Shown: piece after piece, positions 13,335 to 26,080 of the stretch
How the letters are laid out: every line of letters begins with the position of its first letter
Position numbering within the stretch: the stretch's first letter is position 1
Source of the DNA: Takakia lepidozioides
Taxonomy: Eukaryota; Plantae; Bryophyta
Direction of reading: 5' to 3'
NCBI GenBank assembly: GCA_030704615.1
Contig: CM060731.1
Coordinates: 45,260,001 to 45,324,000, forward strand
DNA: 64,000 nucleotides
Notes under the pieces: generated by a model
Told to the model about the DNA's origin: nothing
Database searches by the model: none
Seen by the model: the letters and a program-made list of their open reading frames with translations, nothing else
Made by a program: the position numbers and the translations under genes

Positions 13335-13946
13335 GCTAGGCTAATTTTTTGGAGTTTTCTCTCTAAGCATGATGCTGCACAACTTGGTGCAGGTTAAGGT
13401 TCACTCCTCAACTGACTATGGTGTGTAACGCTCATGGTGTAATCTAGGGTTTTATTTTTTTTCCCACAATTTTGAAATAAATGGATTATATTGAAAAATA
13501 AAAATAAAAATTATAGTTGTGCAATTGGTCAAGATGTAGAAAGATCTCTCTTCACTTCCCGGGGATGCTCAGAGGTGGAACTGGGTGCTTGAGTGGGTCA
13601 ACGAGTTTTCTACTCGATGCTGCTCTAACTCTTTGGACTCTACACTGGGCATGCAGTGTGCTTTAGATGTACAGAAATACAACGTCAAATGAATCCCAAG
13701 TTGTTGTGGCACATTTGAATGCGTCAGTACGGTGTTGAGGAGAAAGGGCATGCTGCAAAACAGAGTGAAGAAGAAATCAGGTGGAGAGAAAGAGTGCTAT
13801 CATACCATATGGGCTGGGCCATAGCTGCTCCTTCTCAGACTCCTTTGACAAATCTCTTAAATCCCCCTTCGTGAGTTGGTGCTATCAGATCATCCAACAC
13901 ATGTGACACCCAACATGAAAACAAAGAAGAGAAAGTACATCTACGA

Positions 13947-15112
13947 TAGGACACGCGTCTCGTGGTTGTTATGCCGCAACCTCTTGAGCAGTACTCCCTG
14001 CCTGCTCAGTCAATGACAAGGCCTCATCTTGCCCCATCATCTCATCCTTGAGGACCTCCTCAACCCAAGAAGAATCCCCAACCTCATCCATCACAGCCGC
14101 CTTGGCTGCCAACTCCCTCTGAACCTCGAGCACCTCCCACGTGTGCCATGGATGTCTACACCCCGTGGTCCTCACCGGCTTGCCCCCACTCACTGCCTGT
14201 ACCATCTCGGTAGGCAGAGAGACCGTCAAGGGAAGTGCACTCCGCACTCTACGTTGCTTAGTCATAGCCAAGCTGATAATCCAGGTCAAGCAATTGAGAT
14301 CCATCGCTTGCCCCAACACCTGACGACGTGATGCCTCAGAAAGAGAAGACACCGTCATGGTCCCAGTGGAAAAACCCATAGCCCGCTCTCGCTCGTCGGC
14401 ATTAGGCTCCACTAACTGCTGCAACTGAGCATCCCACAGAAGGCCAAGTCCACTATCCCGGAAAACATGCGATCCTGGGAAGCTGAGCAGTGTAGGTAGT
14501 GCTGCTCGTGGTCGACCCACCTTGTTGACCACTGCCAAAGGCGAACGGTCATCGTGTCTCACACGCTGAGACTGCCTCTCTGTATCATTTCGTTGCTGGA
14601 GGCGCAGGATTTGGAGCGGGTTGGCTCTCTCTCTTTAGGGCTATTTGTGCCCCTCTCTCTTTGTTGTTTCTTTTCCTTTTGTCCCTTCAGCTTCCCGCAC
14701 ACTTAGTACCATTTCATTTTATTTCTGTTCAAAATGCCAAAATGCTATCCAGTGTGAGGTGTGTTGGCCGCTGCACCACATCAAATGCACGCTTAAGCAG
14801 TGCGGGTGGCATCAAGTTAGTCCACCATAACCGTGGACGATGAGCCCGTGACCCCACTGCAGCTGCATCCAGCAACACTGCTGGCCCAAGCCACGACCGG
14901 ACTTGATGCACACTGGCCATCACCCTGGCCCGAGAATTGCCCATCAGTGGCACATTCTCCAAGATGTATGCTGGAGATACAGCTTGATAAAGCTGTAAGT
15001 GGTGCAAAACCCGCACCATCTCCCAAAATAGACCCGACCTCGAGTCTCGCAATCCATTGCTATGCCCGGCTGATGAATGCCCTTAGCAAGGCCAACCTGC
15101 CACTACCAAATC
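13947..15112 (-). pseudogene. Relic of the retrotransposon-borne DNA cytosine methyltransferase domain (third family copy)
   Basis: Highly similar to 26026-27032; DLVVAGWPC*GHS, AYILENVP, SRAHRPRLWWTN, VEPNADERERAMGF...RRQVLGQAMD; interrupted at ~14586-14725. Confidence 0.9.
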
Positions 15113-15809
15113 AGAGAGACAACTGTTTGCACTTTGTACTTGCCCCCGAATTTCTACTGCTCTCTTTGATGCCAGCGAATGTCATGGATACGTCGGTACT
15201 AAGTTGAGGAAGAAACTTGATGAATGAAGATTGAAATCTACATAGACTAGTACTACTGTCCCACTACTGTGCAGGATAAGTTTCTTGAATGCGGTGTTGT
15301 CTACATAGAGTCCACAGGAGACATTTGAACTGAACAGACAATGGTTGGGTTGCAATTTGCTGGAGATGTTGGCAGTTACCTCTATCTACCGTGCGCTAGC
15401 TAGCCTATATCTCAAGATATTTGGATCTAATGTGCTGCACTCATCTCGACCCTTGCTTCCCTATTGATCCATTGTGTTCAGCATCCAGATCGTGGTACCT
15501 TGTCTGCATGGGGTACAAAACAAGTAACCACGATCTGGATGATGAACCCTGATGAATCGAGGGTCGAGATTAGTATAGTACATCAAACAAACTTAGTGCA
15601 AATAAGACTGTGGTTAAACCAGATAGGATTTGACCGTGGTAAAACCTGTAGATCACTATGAGTAGTTAAACTCAGAAGAGACCTGAAGACCTACTGTCGC
15701 GCTCGTTGTCAGTTTTCAGACTGCTCTCTTTCCCACGCCTTCTCTGGTGGCCCTGCACTCACATGATCGCTGCGCGAGTAAGCTGCGTTGCAGAGGTCGA
15801 TGACGAGTC

Positions 15810-16170
15810 AAACTATTCGATGTTTCTGGAGAATTGTGTAGAAGTCGAAGAAGGTGACTACTTGGGGGTAGCCAATGCGCAACATCCGCCTGCATGAGAA
15901 CTGGAACACGATAGAGATCTTAGAGAGGTCAATGACCTTGGAGAGACAAACTATTCGATGTTTCTGGAGAATCATATAGAAGCCGAAGAAGGTGACTTCT
16001 TGCCCTGGCCAACGTGCAACATTCTCCTGCATGAGAACTAGAACACGGTCGAGATCTTGGAGAGGTCGATGACCTTGGAGAGACATTTTTTTCGATTTTG
16101 CTAGAGAGTTGTATCGAAGTCGATGAAGGTGACTTCTTGGGGGTAGCCAACGTGCAACATCCTCCTGCAG
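15810..16170. repeat. 138-bp tandem repeat, ~2.6 copies
   Basis: aaactattcgatgtttctggagaat...gaaggtgact...gccaa.g.gcaacat...cctgcatgagaact starts at ~15810, ~15948, ~16086. Confidence 0.8.
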
Positions 16171-16660
16171 GAGCGTTGGATCTCAAGCACAAGACGCTAC
16201 ACTAACATAGATGAAAAGAAAAAGAAATAGTCATGGAGATGCATACGCCTATCCCTGCGCCTATCTTGCAGCTTTTAATCTGGACCTACACCTAGGTGAG
16301 AAGAAGTGTCCTCGCTTTCTAAAAACATTAAGTTTCTCTACTAGAACAACGGGTCCATCGGCAAAGGCCAATCTTGTTGTGAATGTCGAAGTGGACTCTG
16401 CGATGGCCGAGCGATGGCCCTGACCGTAAAACAAAATGCAGGTTCCTAAGAGGAAAACTGCGGAAGAGACAAGAGACAAAATCTGTCAGGCATGCAAGTG
16501 ATGACACTATAACCTGCAGTAACAGCTGCTTTTATTGGCACCGATGACAACATACCAAGCTGCAGATGCTTTTACTGGCACCGCTACGACAAATCGGCCT
16601 AGGTAGTACATCCCTACAGTACCACTAATTGTAGAGCTCCAGATTCTATGGCGGTGCATA

Positions 16661-18366
16661 CCGTAGGTTCATAGCAGATTAGGCACCCAAGTGCCTAATA
16701 ATTATTAAATTTGGAATATTCTTTTTAGGCACTTTAAAAAAGGATTTATGTAAATTAATCCATAATTTTTTATGTAGGCACCTTTCATCACTTGGAACTT
16801 CTCCTTCCATCCCCAAAGGTCTCACATACCCTCTCTCTTCTTCCCCAAGACAAACCATAAAAAAAAGTCTTTTCTAATGGAGATGGCGTCCGAGAGCCCA
16901 CTACACGATGCGGGCGCAAATGTGGAGATGGCTAGGGTAGACAGGCCTATGACCGTTCATCTAACGATGGCGGAAGATCTAATGGTGAATTTTTGTCATT
17001 TATACCCCGGATAAAATTGATAAGATGCCCCACATCCATGGCATCCCATCACACTCGGAAGTGCTCGATTTCATGAAGTCCACACAAAGTTGTGGGGTTT
17101 CAAAGTTGAACCAATCAGAAAGCTTGTGTGAACCTTGGGCCCTATGACCAATCACATTTTTTGGGGGGTTCTATCAAACAACTGTTTGCCAAGTGGCAAA
17201 AATGAGCAGTCTTGGGCCAGTAATGGTAGCTCATGCGGCCTTACTCGAACAGTTATGAGGTGACCGGTCATAGGTACTATAACGGTCATAGGGTGTTTTA
17301 CCCTAACAATGGAAGAACCCAGCCTGGGCCAAGCTTAGTTCAGGCGCAACTTTTAGCCCGCAGGCTAAATCTTGGCCCAAACACACTCACCACGAGATCA
17401 CAAGAGATCATAAGGTAATGGGCTCAAATTGTGCTTCAATTCTTTGCTCCACCGTTGGAACGACCTTGACAAGTGGTTGGCCTAGGAGATGGAATTAAGC
17501 ATTGAGAGTGAGAGAGAAATCCAACTACAAAAGGCGGTGACAACCTGATATCCACACCTTAATCTGCAATAATAATTGCGTACCTTAGTACTTATCCTGC
17601 TAACTTGGAAATCCTCTAATGTAATGCTTGATTCTCTCCCCTTTCCCCAAAAAAAACCAAAAAAACCAAAAACAAATGCCTCCATAAATGTTCAAAAAGT
17701 GTAGGCCAACTCCCTAGGTCTATACAACCTCCAAAGGACCTTCCAATCATAAGTACTAAGCGAGGAAGCCCTGATTAACTTTATTCAAATTATTGAACGG
17801 AAAAAAGTTAAAACCCTTATTAAAACTAGTGTTGGGCGGTTATTTGATTTCTTTCATAACCTCCAGTTCCGGTTTCTACATAATCTTAGGATCAAAGATC
17901 CTCCAGTTCTGATTTTTTTTCAAATATTTTTAATGGAAAGAACCACCGGTTCTGGTTGATTGTAAGAACCTCAAAGAACCGGCGGTTTTCATCAAATAAC
18001 CAGCGGGTCTTTGGCAGATCTTTGACAGTTTTTAGGCTGGTTATCTCAAAACTACGTAACCGACGGTTATGATCTTTTGCCGGTTCTTTGTTTTTTTTAG
18101 AACCACGGTTATATATCCATATAACCTTCTTGATAACCTCCGGGGGTTTGTAGCTTAATCAAAGAACCTCCCAACACTGATTAAAACCCTGTTTTTTGTT
18201 TTCAATAGAAATTATATAGAGTAGGTTCTTTTTAGACAATTTTACTGAATGAGGCACTTTCATATTATTTTGCCAACCTTTTAGGCATAAATATTGAAAA
18301 ATCACAGATTTGCTCAGGCATTTTTAAAAAAATTTAATTTGTGCCTAATCTGCTATGAACCTACGG
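16661..18366. mobile_element. Non-autonomous Tc1/mariner-pogo-type TIR element (1706 bp including nested MITE)
   Basis: Perfect 26-bp TIRs ccgtaggttcatagcagattaggcac, TA TSD; empty paralogous site gtgcaTAtgctc at ~10850. Confidence 0.93.
17827..18179. mobile_element. hAT-type MITE (353 bp)
   Basis: TIRs (t/c)agtgttggg(c/a)ggtt(a/c)tttgatt; perfect 8-bp TSD attaaaac (17819-17826, 18180-18187). Confidence 0.9.
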
Positions 18367-18560
18367 TATGCTCTCCTGTTAGTTCCTTGGATGAAAAGCA
18401 GGGGTTGTTGGACATTAATGATGACAGAGTCTATCTTTGGTTATATCACTAATGATCATGAGATAAGCCAACCTGGAAATTGAGCTGGCCCATGTAAGGT
18501 CTTGTAATCTGCATGTCCAATGAGAGTGCTGCATCTGGATCTCCAGATTAGCCTCTTAGG

Positions 18561-18753
18561 GAAAAAAAACAAAGTATGACGTCTCCCGAAGGCTCCCCAA
18601 GGGAGCGTAACTTATGGTGTCACTTCACCACAAGGGCTACTGCCTTCCAGCTGAAAGGTGGACACCTTCATGACACACCAGACCGTGATTTGAACCCACA
18701 ACCACATTCAACGTGGTATGTGCCCATTACCAATGGGCTACATGCTAGTTGTT
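18561..18753 (-). mobile_element. tRNA-derived SINE, copy 1
   Basis: Matches 56350-56531; A-box TAGCCCATTGG and B-box GGTTCAAATC on minus; degenerate ~10-bp TSD gcctct.a.g; empty site at 11049-11058. Confidence 0.8.
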
Positions 18754-18772
18754 GCCTCTCAAGATTATTTAA

Positions 18773-18940
18773 ACTAGGGCTTTGCGTTGCTCCGCACTAC
18801 TACCGACGAATTCTAACACCTATGTTCAATTTTCACAAAAAGGGTGGGTCATTCCCATGGTGTTACATGCATACACTTTGTATTTCATTGTTTTTCGGAA
18901 GAAGAACAGAGGAGTGTTGCCGGAGCTATCAAGTTATTTT
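18773..18940 (-). repeat. Dispersed repeat, possible Helitron 3' terminus
   Basis: Matches 35842-36001; both copies start at actagggctt.gcgttgctccgc (CTAG end with short GC-rich motif on minus). Confidence 0.5.
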
Positions 18941-19393
18941 TATTTTTCAAATAAAAGAGGGCCGAAATTCTGCTGGTCCCTCCTCTTCGGCATCCCCAGA
19001 GTTTGATGAAGCACATAAAGATTGCCACTAAGACTAAGCTGCATTACCATAGGTAGACACCTAAGACTTTCAAAAGAAAGAAAAGGAAAAAAAGAAAAGA
19101 AAAAACGGGAAGCTACTTCTCACAAATCAGGCCCTTCATTATCGTGAGGAGAAAATAACCTCTTTGATAAAGATAAAGGTAAATTTTCCTTAATGTCCAA
19201 TGAATCTATGGAGTCTACTGCTCAACACAGCCCATCTAGAGGCCAATGGTCGGTTTGAAGGCACATGTTGAAGGATTGAACCTAGGATCACTAATTGAGT
19301 ACAAGGCTCATGGGAGCCCCGGGGGTGGGTGGGGTTGGGGAGAAGATCATACTACACCCGACAAGATTTATTTATGCGGTAACTCGTATTAAA

Positions 19394-22300
19394 TCAAGGG
19401 AAATAACCTTCCCCACAAGAACACACCCCATTGTTGAAGTGATGAAAGCAGATGGCATCCCTTGCAATAATTTCTCGTGCAACAATTTTGGATATCAACT
19501 TGGTGCGAGTGTGGCAGTCCCCACATACACATAGGTTTTTAATGATGCGGATAGGGGTCCTAGGGGGTGTGCTAATGAGCCCAAAAGCTATGGCCAGCTC
19601 GTTGTGGTGGTAAAGAGCCTGTTCCTTCATCTGCTGATCCACATCACGCAACACAAAGCGTGTCTCAGGCACATATCCCACCTCCTTAATCTGCCAAGTC
19701 AATCTCTCTAACGCATCATATATCTCCTCTGCTTGTGGGTGAGATCTATCTCCAATGGCAAATGTATACATCTTGTGATTCCACCTTGAAAATACATTCT
19801 GCAACACACTCTGCTCTACATTTCCATAGATTCTGCAGGCACCAAGCAAGGCCCCCCACACTGAAGCACCTGGTTTGAGTGCCATGTTGGCAATGAAATC
19901 TTCTTCATCCAAGCGCCCAACACACCAAGGAGGTCAACCATGCAGGTGCAATGCTTTTCTGTTGGTGTAATGCCATGCTCTTGACACATGGATTGAAAAT
20001 AATGACCACCTTCATCTACAAGGCCCAATATGGCTGCATGCAGAGAAAACACCAATAAATGTGACCTCATTTGGCTTCACACCAGTTCAAACAGTTGGAG
20101 AGCCTCGTGACCACGCCCATGCTGAGCGTATCCTACAATCATCGCAGTCCATGAGACCACATCTGGTTTAAGAATTTTGTCAAACACCTCCCATGCATCC
20201 TCTACACTCCCACATTTGATATACAAATCAATGAGGGCATTCCTGACGTAGACATCTGACTCACACATATATTTGATAATATAGGCATGGACCCACTTGC
20301 CCTATTCCAGGGATGCTTCACACCCTCTCTTTGCATTTGTCGAAAGAGTTTGAAAGCCTCCTCACCATGACCACTCCATGCACATCCTCCAATCATCACA
20401 GTCCATGAGACCACATCTCGCTTAGGCATTCTGTCAAACACATTGAGTGCATCCATCACACTCGTGCACTTGCAATACATACTGACAAGGGCATTCCCGA
20501 GTCCAAACATCTGACTCAAATTCAGTTTTGATGATGCTGGCAAGGAGCTGCTTGCCCAGTTCTAAAGTTTCCGGGCAAGCACAAGCATTGAGGACATTAA
20601 TAAAGGAGACAATATCTGCCTTCATGCCTTCTCTTTGTATGCGTTGAAAGAGTTAAAAAGACCATGACCATGTTGAGCACATCCTGCAATCATAGTAGTC
20701 CATGAGAGCCCATCTCGCTTGGGCATTGCACGTCAAATCCTCGGGTGGCATCCGTCAAACTCTCACACCTGTAATACATGCTGACAAGGGCAGTCCCCAC
20801 AGGACATCCCCCTCAAGTCCAGCCTCAATGCACGCACATTTTGCATACATGTCCACCAGGGCAGTGTTCAGGATGACATCTGGTACAATTCCAGCTTTGA
20901 CAGTGTCACTATGGACCTCTTTCCCCTTTCCCAGAGCTCCCAGGCTTGCACACGCATTACAAACAAAAAGAAATGTTATGTGGTTGGGCTTCACCCCTTC
21001 GCACATCATTTGCTCACAGGTCTCCAAAGCCTCCATCCCGTGACTCCACCAAGGCAGTGTTCAAGATGACATCTGGTACAATTCCAGCTTTGACGATGTC
21101 ACCATGGACCTCTTTCCCCTTTTCCAGAGCTCCCAGGGTTGCACACGCATTGAAAGCAAAAACAAACGTTCTGTGGTTGGGCTTCACCCTTCGTACATCA
21201 TTTGCTCATAGATCTCCAAAGCCTCCATCCCGCACCCTTGTTGTGCATAGTCTACAGTCATCGCACTCCACGACACCACATCTCGTTCAGCCATACTTTC
21301 GAGCACTCCCTTTGGATTCTCGATGCACGCACATTTGACATACATTTCCACCAGGACAGTGTTCAGAATGACATTTGGTAATCTGTCAGGCATTCACCTT
21401 TTGCCTTGGTTGTCCTGCCATTGACTGGGGTCAGAGAAGTATTCATTCCACAGCTTCTCTTCATCTCTGAACATTACCTGTTTTTGGATAGTTTCCTGTT
21501 GTTACATTGGCAGTATCATGTCAAAGTCAATGCAAACTAGATTCACTCAACCAGCTAACTCACAGAATTCAACATGGAAATTTAGGGCCGATTCTGATTA
21601 GAGGGAAAAACAGGGCGAAATGTGTTGAAGAAGGGCCTTCATTAGCAGTGCCTTCATGAAGCCTTAACCCCATGGGAAGTCTGGAAATCTTCGTATTTGA
21701 AAAATGGGGCACACTAGATGTGTTAATATTTCACTGGAATGAAGATTCCAGTTCCTCGGGCACCTAACTATCAGTGGGAACAGTCGCTCCAAAACTACTA
21801 AGGTGATGCCCGCAATAGTTGAATACCATACAAATTGAGCAACTTAGGATAATATGAGTGTGCACCTGCTTTGTCACAGGGTGCACATGTTCACCAGGGC
21901 ACTGTACAATTCCAGCTTTGACGATGTCACCATGGACCTCTTTGCCCTTTCCAGGGCTGCCAAGCTTGCACAGGCATTGCAAACGGAAACAAACGTGATG
22001 TGGTCGGGCTTCCCCCCTTCCCCCATCATTTGCTCATAGGTTTCCAAAGACTCCATCACGCACCCTTGCTATGCATACCCTGCAATCATCATACTCCACG
22101 ACACCAAATCTCGTTCAACCATATTGTCAAACACTCCCTCCGCATCCTCGATGCACCCACATTTTGCATACATATCCACAAGGGTATTGTTCAGAATCAC
22201 ATCTGGTACAATTTCAGCTTTTGCGATCAACCATGCACCTCTTTGCCCTTTTCCAGGGTTGTCAGGCTTGCAAACGCACAGACCTGATGTGGTCGCGCTT

Positions 22301-22689
22301 CACCCCTTCTACCATCATTTGCTCACACGTCTCCAAAGCCTCCATCCTGCGCCCCTGTTGTGCATACCCTGCAAACATCGCATTCCACGACACCACATTT
22401 CATTCAACCATATTGTTGAACATTGCCTTCACATCCTCGATGCTCCAACATTTGGCATACATGTCCACGAGGGCATTGTTCATAATGACATCAGGTATAA
22501 TTCCAGCTCTGACAATGTCACCGTGGGCCTGTTTGCCCTTTTCCAGAGCTGCCAGGCTTGCAAACACACACAAACGTAATGTGGTTGGGCTTCACCCCTT
22601 CCCCAATCATTTGCTCATAGGTCTCCACAGCCTCCACCCCACCTATTGTGCATACCCTGCAAGCATCATGTTGCACAACACCACATCTC
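19394..22689 (-). pseudogene. PLS-class PPR protein with E/E+/DYW domain (RNA-editing factor), pseudogene, 3' part
   Basis: Repeated P/L/S motifs (NALIDLYIKCGSVEDAWEVFDKI..DVVSWTAMIVGYAQHGRGHEALQLF; GVKPNHITF..NACASLGAL), E domain (VWGALLGACRIYGN), DYW (GDRSHPQ..GYVPET..HHNELAIAFGL..KNLCVCGDCH..FHHFNNGVCSCG); many frameshifts. Confidence 0.93.
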
Positions 22690-22965
22690 TGTCGTGCGCA
22701 TACACATCACTACACAACTACATCGTTGTCCAAAACCACACAACACATGTGCACACCAAACACTAGTCTATCACTAGTCCACCACTAGTGCAGCCACTAG
22801 TCTACCACTAGGCTGCCACTAACCACCACTAGTGCAGCCACTAGTCCAACCACTAGGCTGCCATTAGCCACCACTAGTGCAGCCGCTAGTCCAACCACTA
22901 GGCTACCACTAGCCACCACTAGTGCAACCACTAGTCCATCACTAGGCTGCCACTAGTCCATCACA
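22690..22965 (-). repeat. 3' LTR (276 bp) of MTase-Gypsy, largely a CTAG-rich tandem repeat
   Basis: TGTGATGG...CACGACA on minus, preceded by a G-rich PPT; same LTR at 57912-58172; unit ccactagtgcagccactagtcca(a)ccactaggctg. Confidence 0.88.
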
Positions 22966-23225
22966 ATCGCCCCCCTAGCTGACGCTTAGGTCTCTCTAAG
23001 TCCAGGTAGCCACAAGATGTGATAGTGGCCATAGCCTCACTAAGTCCTCCACCACTGTCCCTACTACACTCAAACTCGATAGATCAAGAGGCCGGGTACA
23101 AGAGTTGCCCCATCGTTAGTCGTCGTCTTGCAACCTGTGAACTTGAGCCTGAGATCTCGGGTATTGACTCCTATGAGCTTGGCCCCCCATGTCTTGGTAG
23201 CTGCCACTAGTCATATCCATTGCCC

Positions 23226-24490
23226 CTATCCCAAGCAGTGTGGACATAACCAATCTCCATCAGGAACCCTCTCAAGAGGTGGTGTCAAGCATCCCATGTG
23301 CTAACCTCTTGAGCATCGATCACAGACCAGCATAGTGGCGGCACCACGAGCATGCCCACATAGCATGCAACGCAATCCTGCAAGTACCATTGCAAGGTTG
23401 GGATCTATCATCCCATCCACATGTGGAAGGTGACATGGCGCACAATTGCGCACATGGTCCTTCCATACCATGCCATCTCGACCCTCCATAATCAACACTC
23501 CCGAAGGAAACACCTCCCTAACCCTTAGAATCACACGTCCTGTTGTGACATCCAAGGTCGTAGGCGCTGTCTGCTGCAGACACACATAGTCCCCAGGGTG
23601 GAAACGCCGAACACCTGGCCGATATCCCCCTCCACGTATAGTGGCATACCTCAATATGTCTTGGTGTTGGGCAATAGCAAGGTTCTCAAAAGCCATAGGC
23701 ATGACCCTCTTAAACAACTCTACCCACTGGGCACATGCTCGTGTCCACACATCCGGATCATCAAGGTTGAGGACTACTGCAGCCTCCCTGTGAATAGACG
23801 TAGGCAAATCTGGCTCTCGGCCAGAGAGAAGGAAATATGGTGAGAAAGCAAGTGATGCTTGCTTGCTGAACCTGTAGCCCATGGCTAACCAAGGTACCTG
23901 AAGATCCCAATCTCCTAGGTGTCCCTTTTGCAAGCCATACTTGCGCAAACCCCTCTTCACTGTCTGAACCACTCTCTCTGCCAAGCCATCGGCCTCAGGA
24001 TGATCCCAAGAAGTGGTACGGTGGTCTATCAAGGCTTTATCACACAAAGCCTGAAACTCCCCCAAGAATTCTCTCCATTGGTCCGTGAGTACCTCAGCTA
24101 GAGCACCGAATCGGCTAAGCACACGATCCAGGAATGCATACGGAGCCCCCTCACTAGCCTTGTCAGGCAATGGAACCAACTCAATCCACTTGGAGAAGTG
24201 CTCTACCATCACCAACACATATCTGTGGTGGTGCATCGTCAGTGGCAATGGCCCTGCGAAGTCAAGACTCCACCTGTAGCCCAATCCCATGATGGGTAAG
24301 GATGCAACTGTGGTGTAGGGGCATTGAAGGAAGTACGCACCCTGTCACACACCATGCACCTAGCCACAAACTATTGCACCTCTGTGTGCATACCACGCCA
24401 CCAATACTGCCCCTACAGTAGACTATGAGTGCGTCGCACTCCAAAATGCCCCAACTCTCATGGGCATGCCGCATTAACTGTGCACGTTGT
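23226..24490 (-). pseudogene. Integrase with C-terminal PHD finger
   Basis: HESW.HFG...CMVC zinc motif, WSLDFAGP, VLTDQWREF, DGLAERVVQTVK core; CMLCGHARGAATMLVCDRCSRG*HMGCLTPPLERVPDGDWLCPHC (C4HC3), stop-free in copy 58433-58678. Confidence 0.92.
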
Positions 24491-24499
24491 GTTGGGTGA

Positions 24500-25957
24500 G
24501 GCACCATCTCCCCGTCCATCTCACCATGCCACCGAACTCCAGTGTCATCATGCTGGCTCGTGCATGGATTGCGACTCAATCCATCCGCATCCCTATTGAC
24601 CAAACCCGGTCGATGCACAACCTGAAAGTCATACTCTTGGAGTATAAGTGCCCACCGTGCAAGCTTCCCCGTAAGCTTGTCTGACTCCATCAACCACTTG
24701 AGTGGGTGATGATCCGTGACAAGAGTGAAGAGATTGCTGTATAGATAGCACCTGAAATGTGCTACGGCCCACACTGCAGCTAAGCAATCCCCTCATATGA
24801 GCTATACTTAGACTCTGCAGCGTTGTTCGAGTGGCTAGCATAAGCCACTACAAACTCTCTTCCCTCATCATCCACCTATGTAAGCACCACTCCAAGCCCC
24901 AACATGCTCCAATCTGTATGCAGCTGAAAGGGACGCCCCCTGATAGGTCGTCTCAGGATAGGTGCCGAGGTCAACCTCGCCTTGAGCTCCTGAAAAACTC
25001 GTTTTTGCTCATCTTCCCACTGCCACTCCTGGTCTACCTTGGTCAGCTTGGTTAGAACCTTTGCAATAGCACTAAATCCCTTGACAAACTGTCTATAGTA
25101 GTTTGTCAACCCCATGAAAGTTCGAACTCGGCTCACATCTGTGGGGCGTGGAATCTGTGCAATGGCCTCTACCTTAGTCTGCTGCACCCCTAATCCTCCA
25201 GGATATATCATGTGGCCCAGATACTCAGTCTGGTTGTGGAAGAATTTGCACTTCCCCGGATGTAATTTCAATCTGTGCGCTCTCAAGCGCTCAAACTCCA
25301 CCTGAAGGTGTCTCTCGTGCTCCTCCACCGTAGCACTAAAGATGATGATGTCATCTATGTAGCATCGAGCAAAGTCTATCCCTGCTAGAATCCTATCCAT
25401 GACTCTCTGGAACTTTGCAGGAGCGTTCTTAAGCCCGAATGGTAAGAACCGCCACTGATATAGGCAATCCTTTTCGTGCTCATTGATCCCCCCAAATGTC
25501 GTCTTCTGCTTGTCCGCCTCCTTGATCAACAACTGGTGATATCCGGACCGCAAGTCCAAAGTGCTAAAGACCTTGGCATGCCCAATGGCATCAAAGACCT
25601 CCTCAGGTGTGGGCATGGCATACTTATCGGACTTGGTCTGACGATTTACAGGCCGGTAATCACCGCACATACGTCTCTCCGTCCAATTGCCATAGACATC
25701 CTTCTTGGCTGACATCACCGTGGCTGAAGCATACTCTCCACCAAACCAGCCTCCCAGAGATCTTGAGTCCTCATCTGAATCAAAGACCTCTCTATATCAC
25801 TGTATCTATAGGGTCTCCGAAAGATTGGCGTGTCCGTGACCAACTCAATACGAATCTGCTGACCCTTCAGTGCTCCCAAATCCTTCAAACTGAAGGCAAA
25901 GCAATTCCTGTAAGCCCTCAGGAACCGCCGTATACGTCGTCTCTCTCCTCCAGTCAC
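24500..25957 (-). pseudogene. Gypsy reverse transcriptase and RNase H
   Basis: [55 protein letters not shown]. Confidence 0.95.
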
Positions 25958-26080
25958 AATGGGTCCAATGTCAGGCTCCCAATTGTCCTCCGTAACTGCA
26001 ACCTTAAGTCCAGCAGACTTAGAGGTAGGAGACGCGTCCCTTGGTTGCTATGCCGCAACCTCATGAGCAGTACTCCCTAC

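Larger units (their letters stand above)
16630..18772 (+). mobile_element. Second, 3'-truncated copy of the 10826 LTR carrying three nested insertions
   Basis: 16630-16660 + 18367-18560 + 18754-18772 reassemble to 10826-11068. Confidence 0.8.

Noticed and set aside
19394-19780. DYW:KP (U-to-C) editing domain suggested by the non-DYW terminus
   Set aside because: Visible motifs (GDRSHPQ, GYVP, KNL.VCGDCH, FHHF..G.CSC) are canonical DYW type; the odd end is more simply decay.
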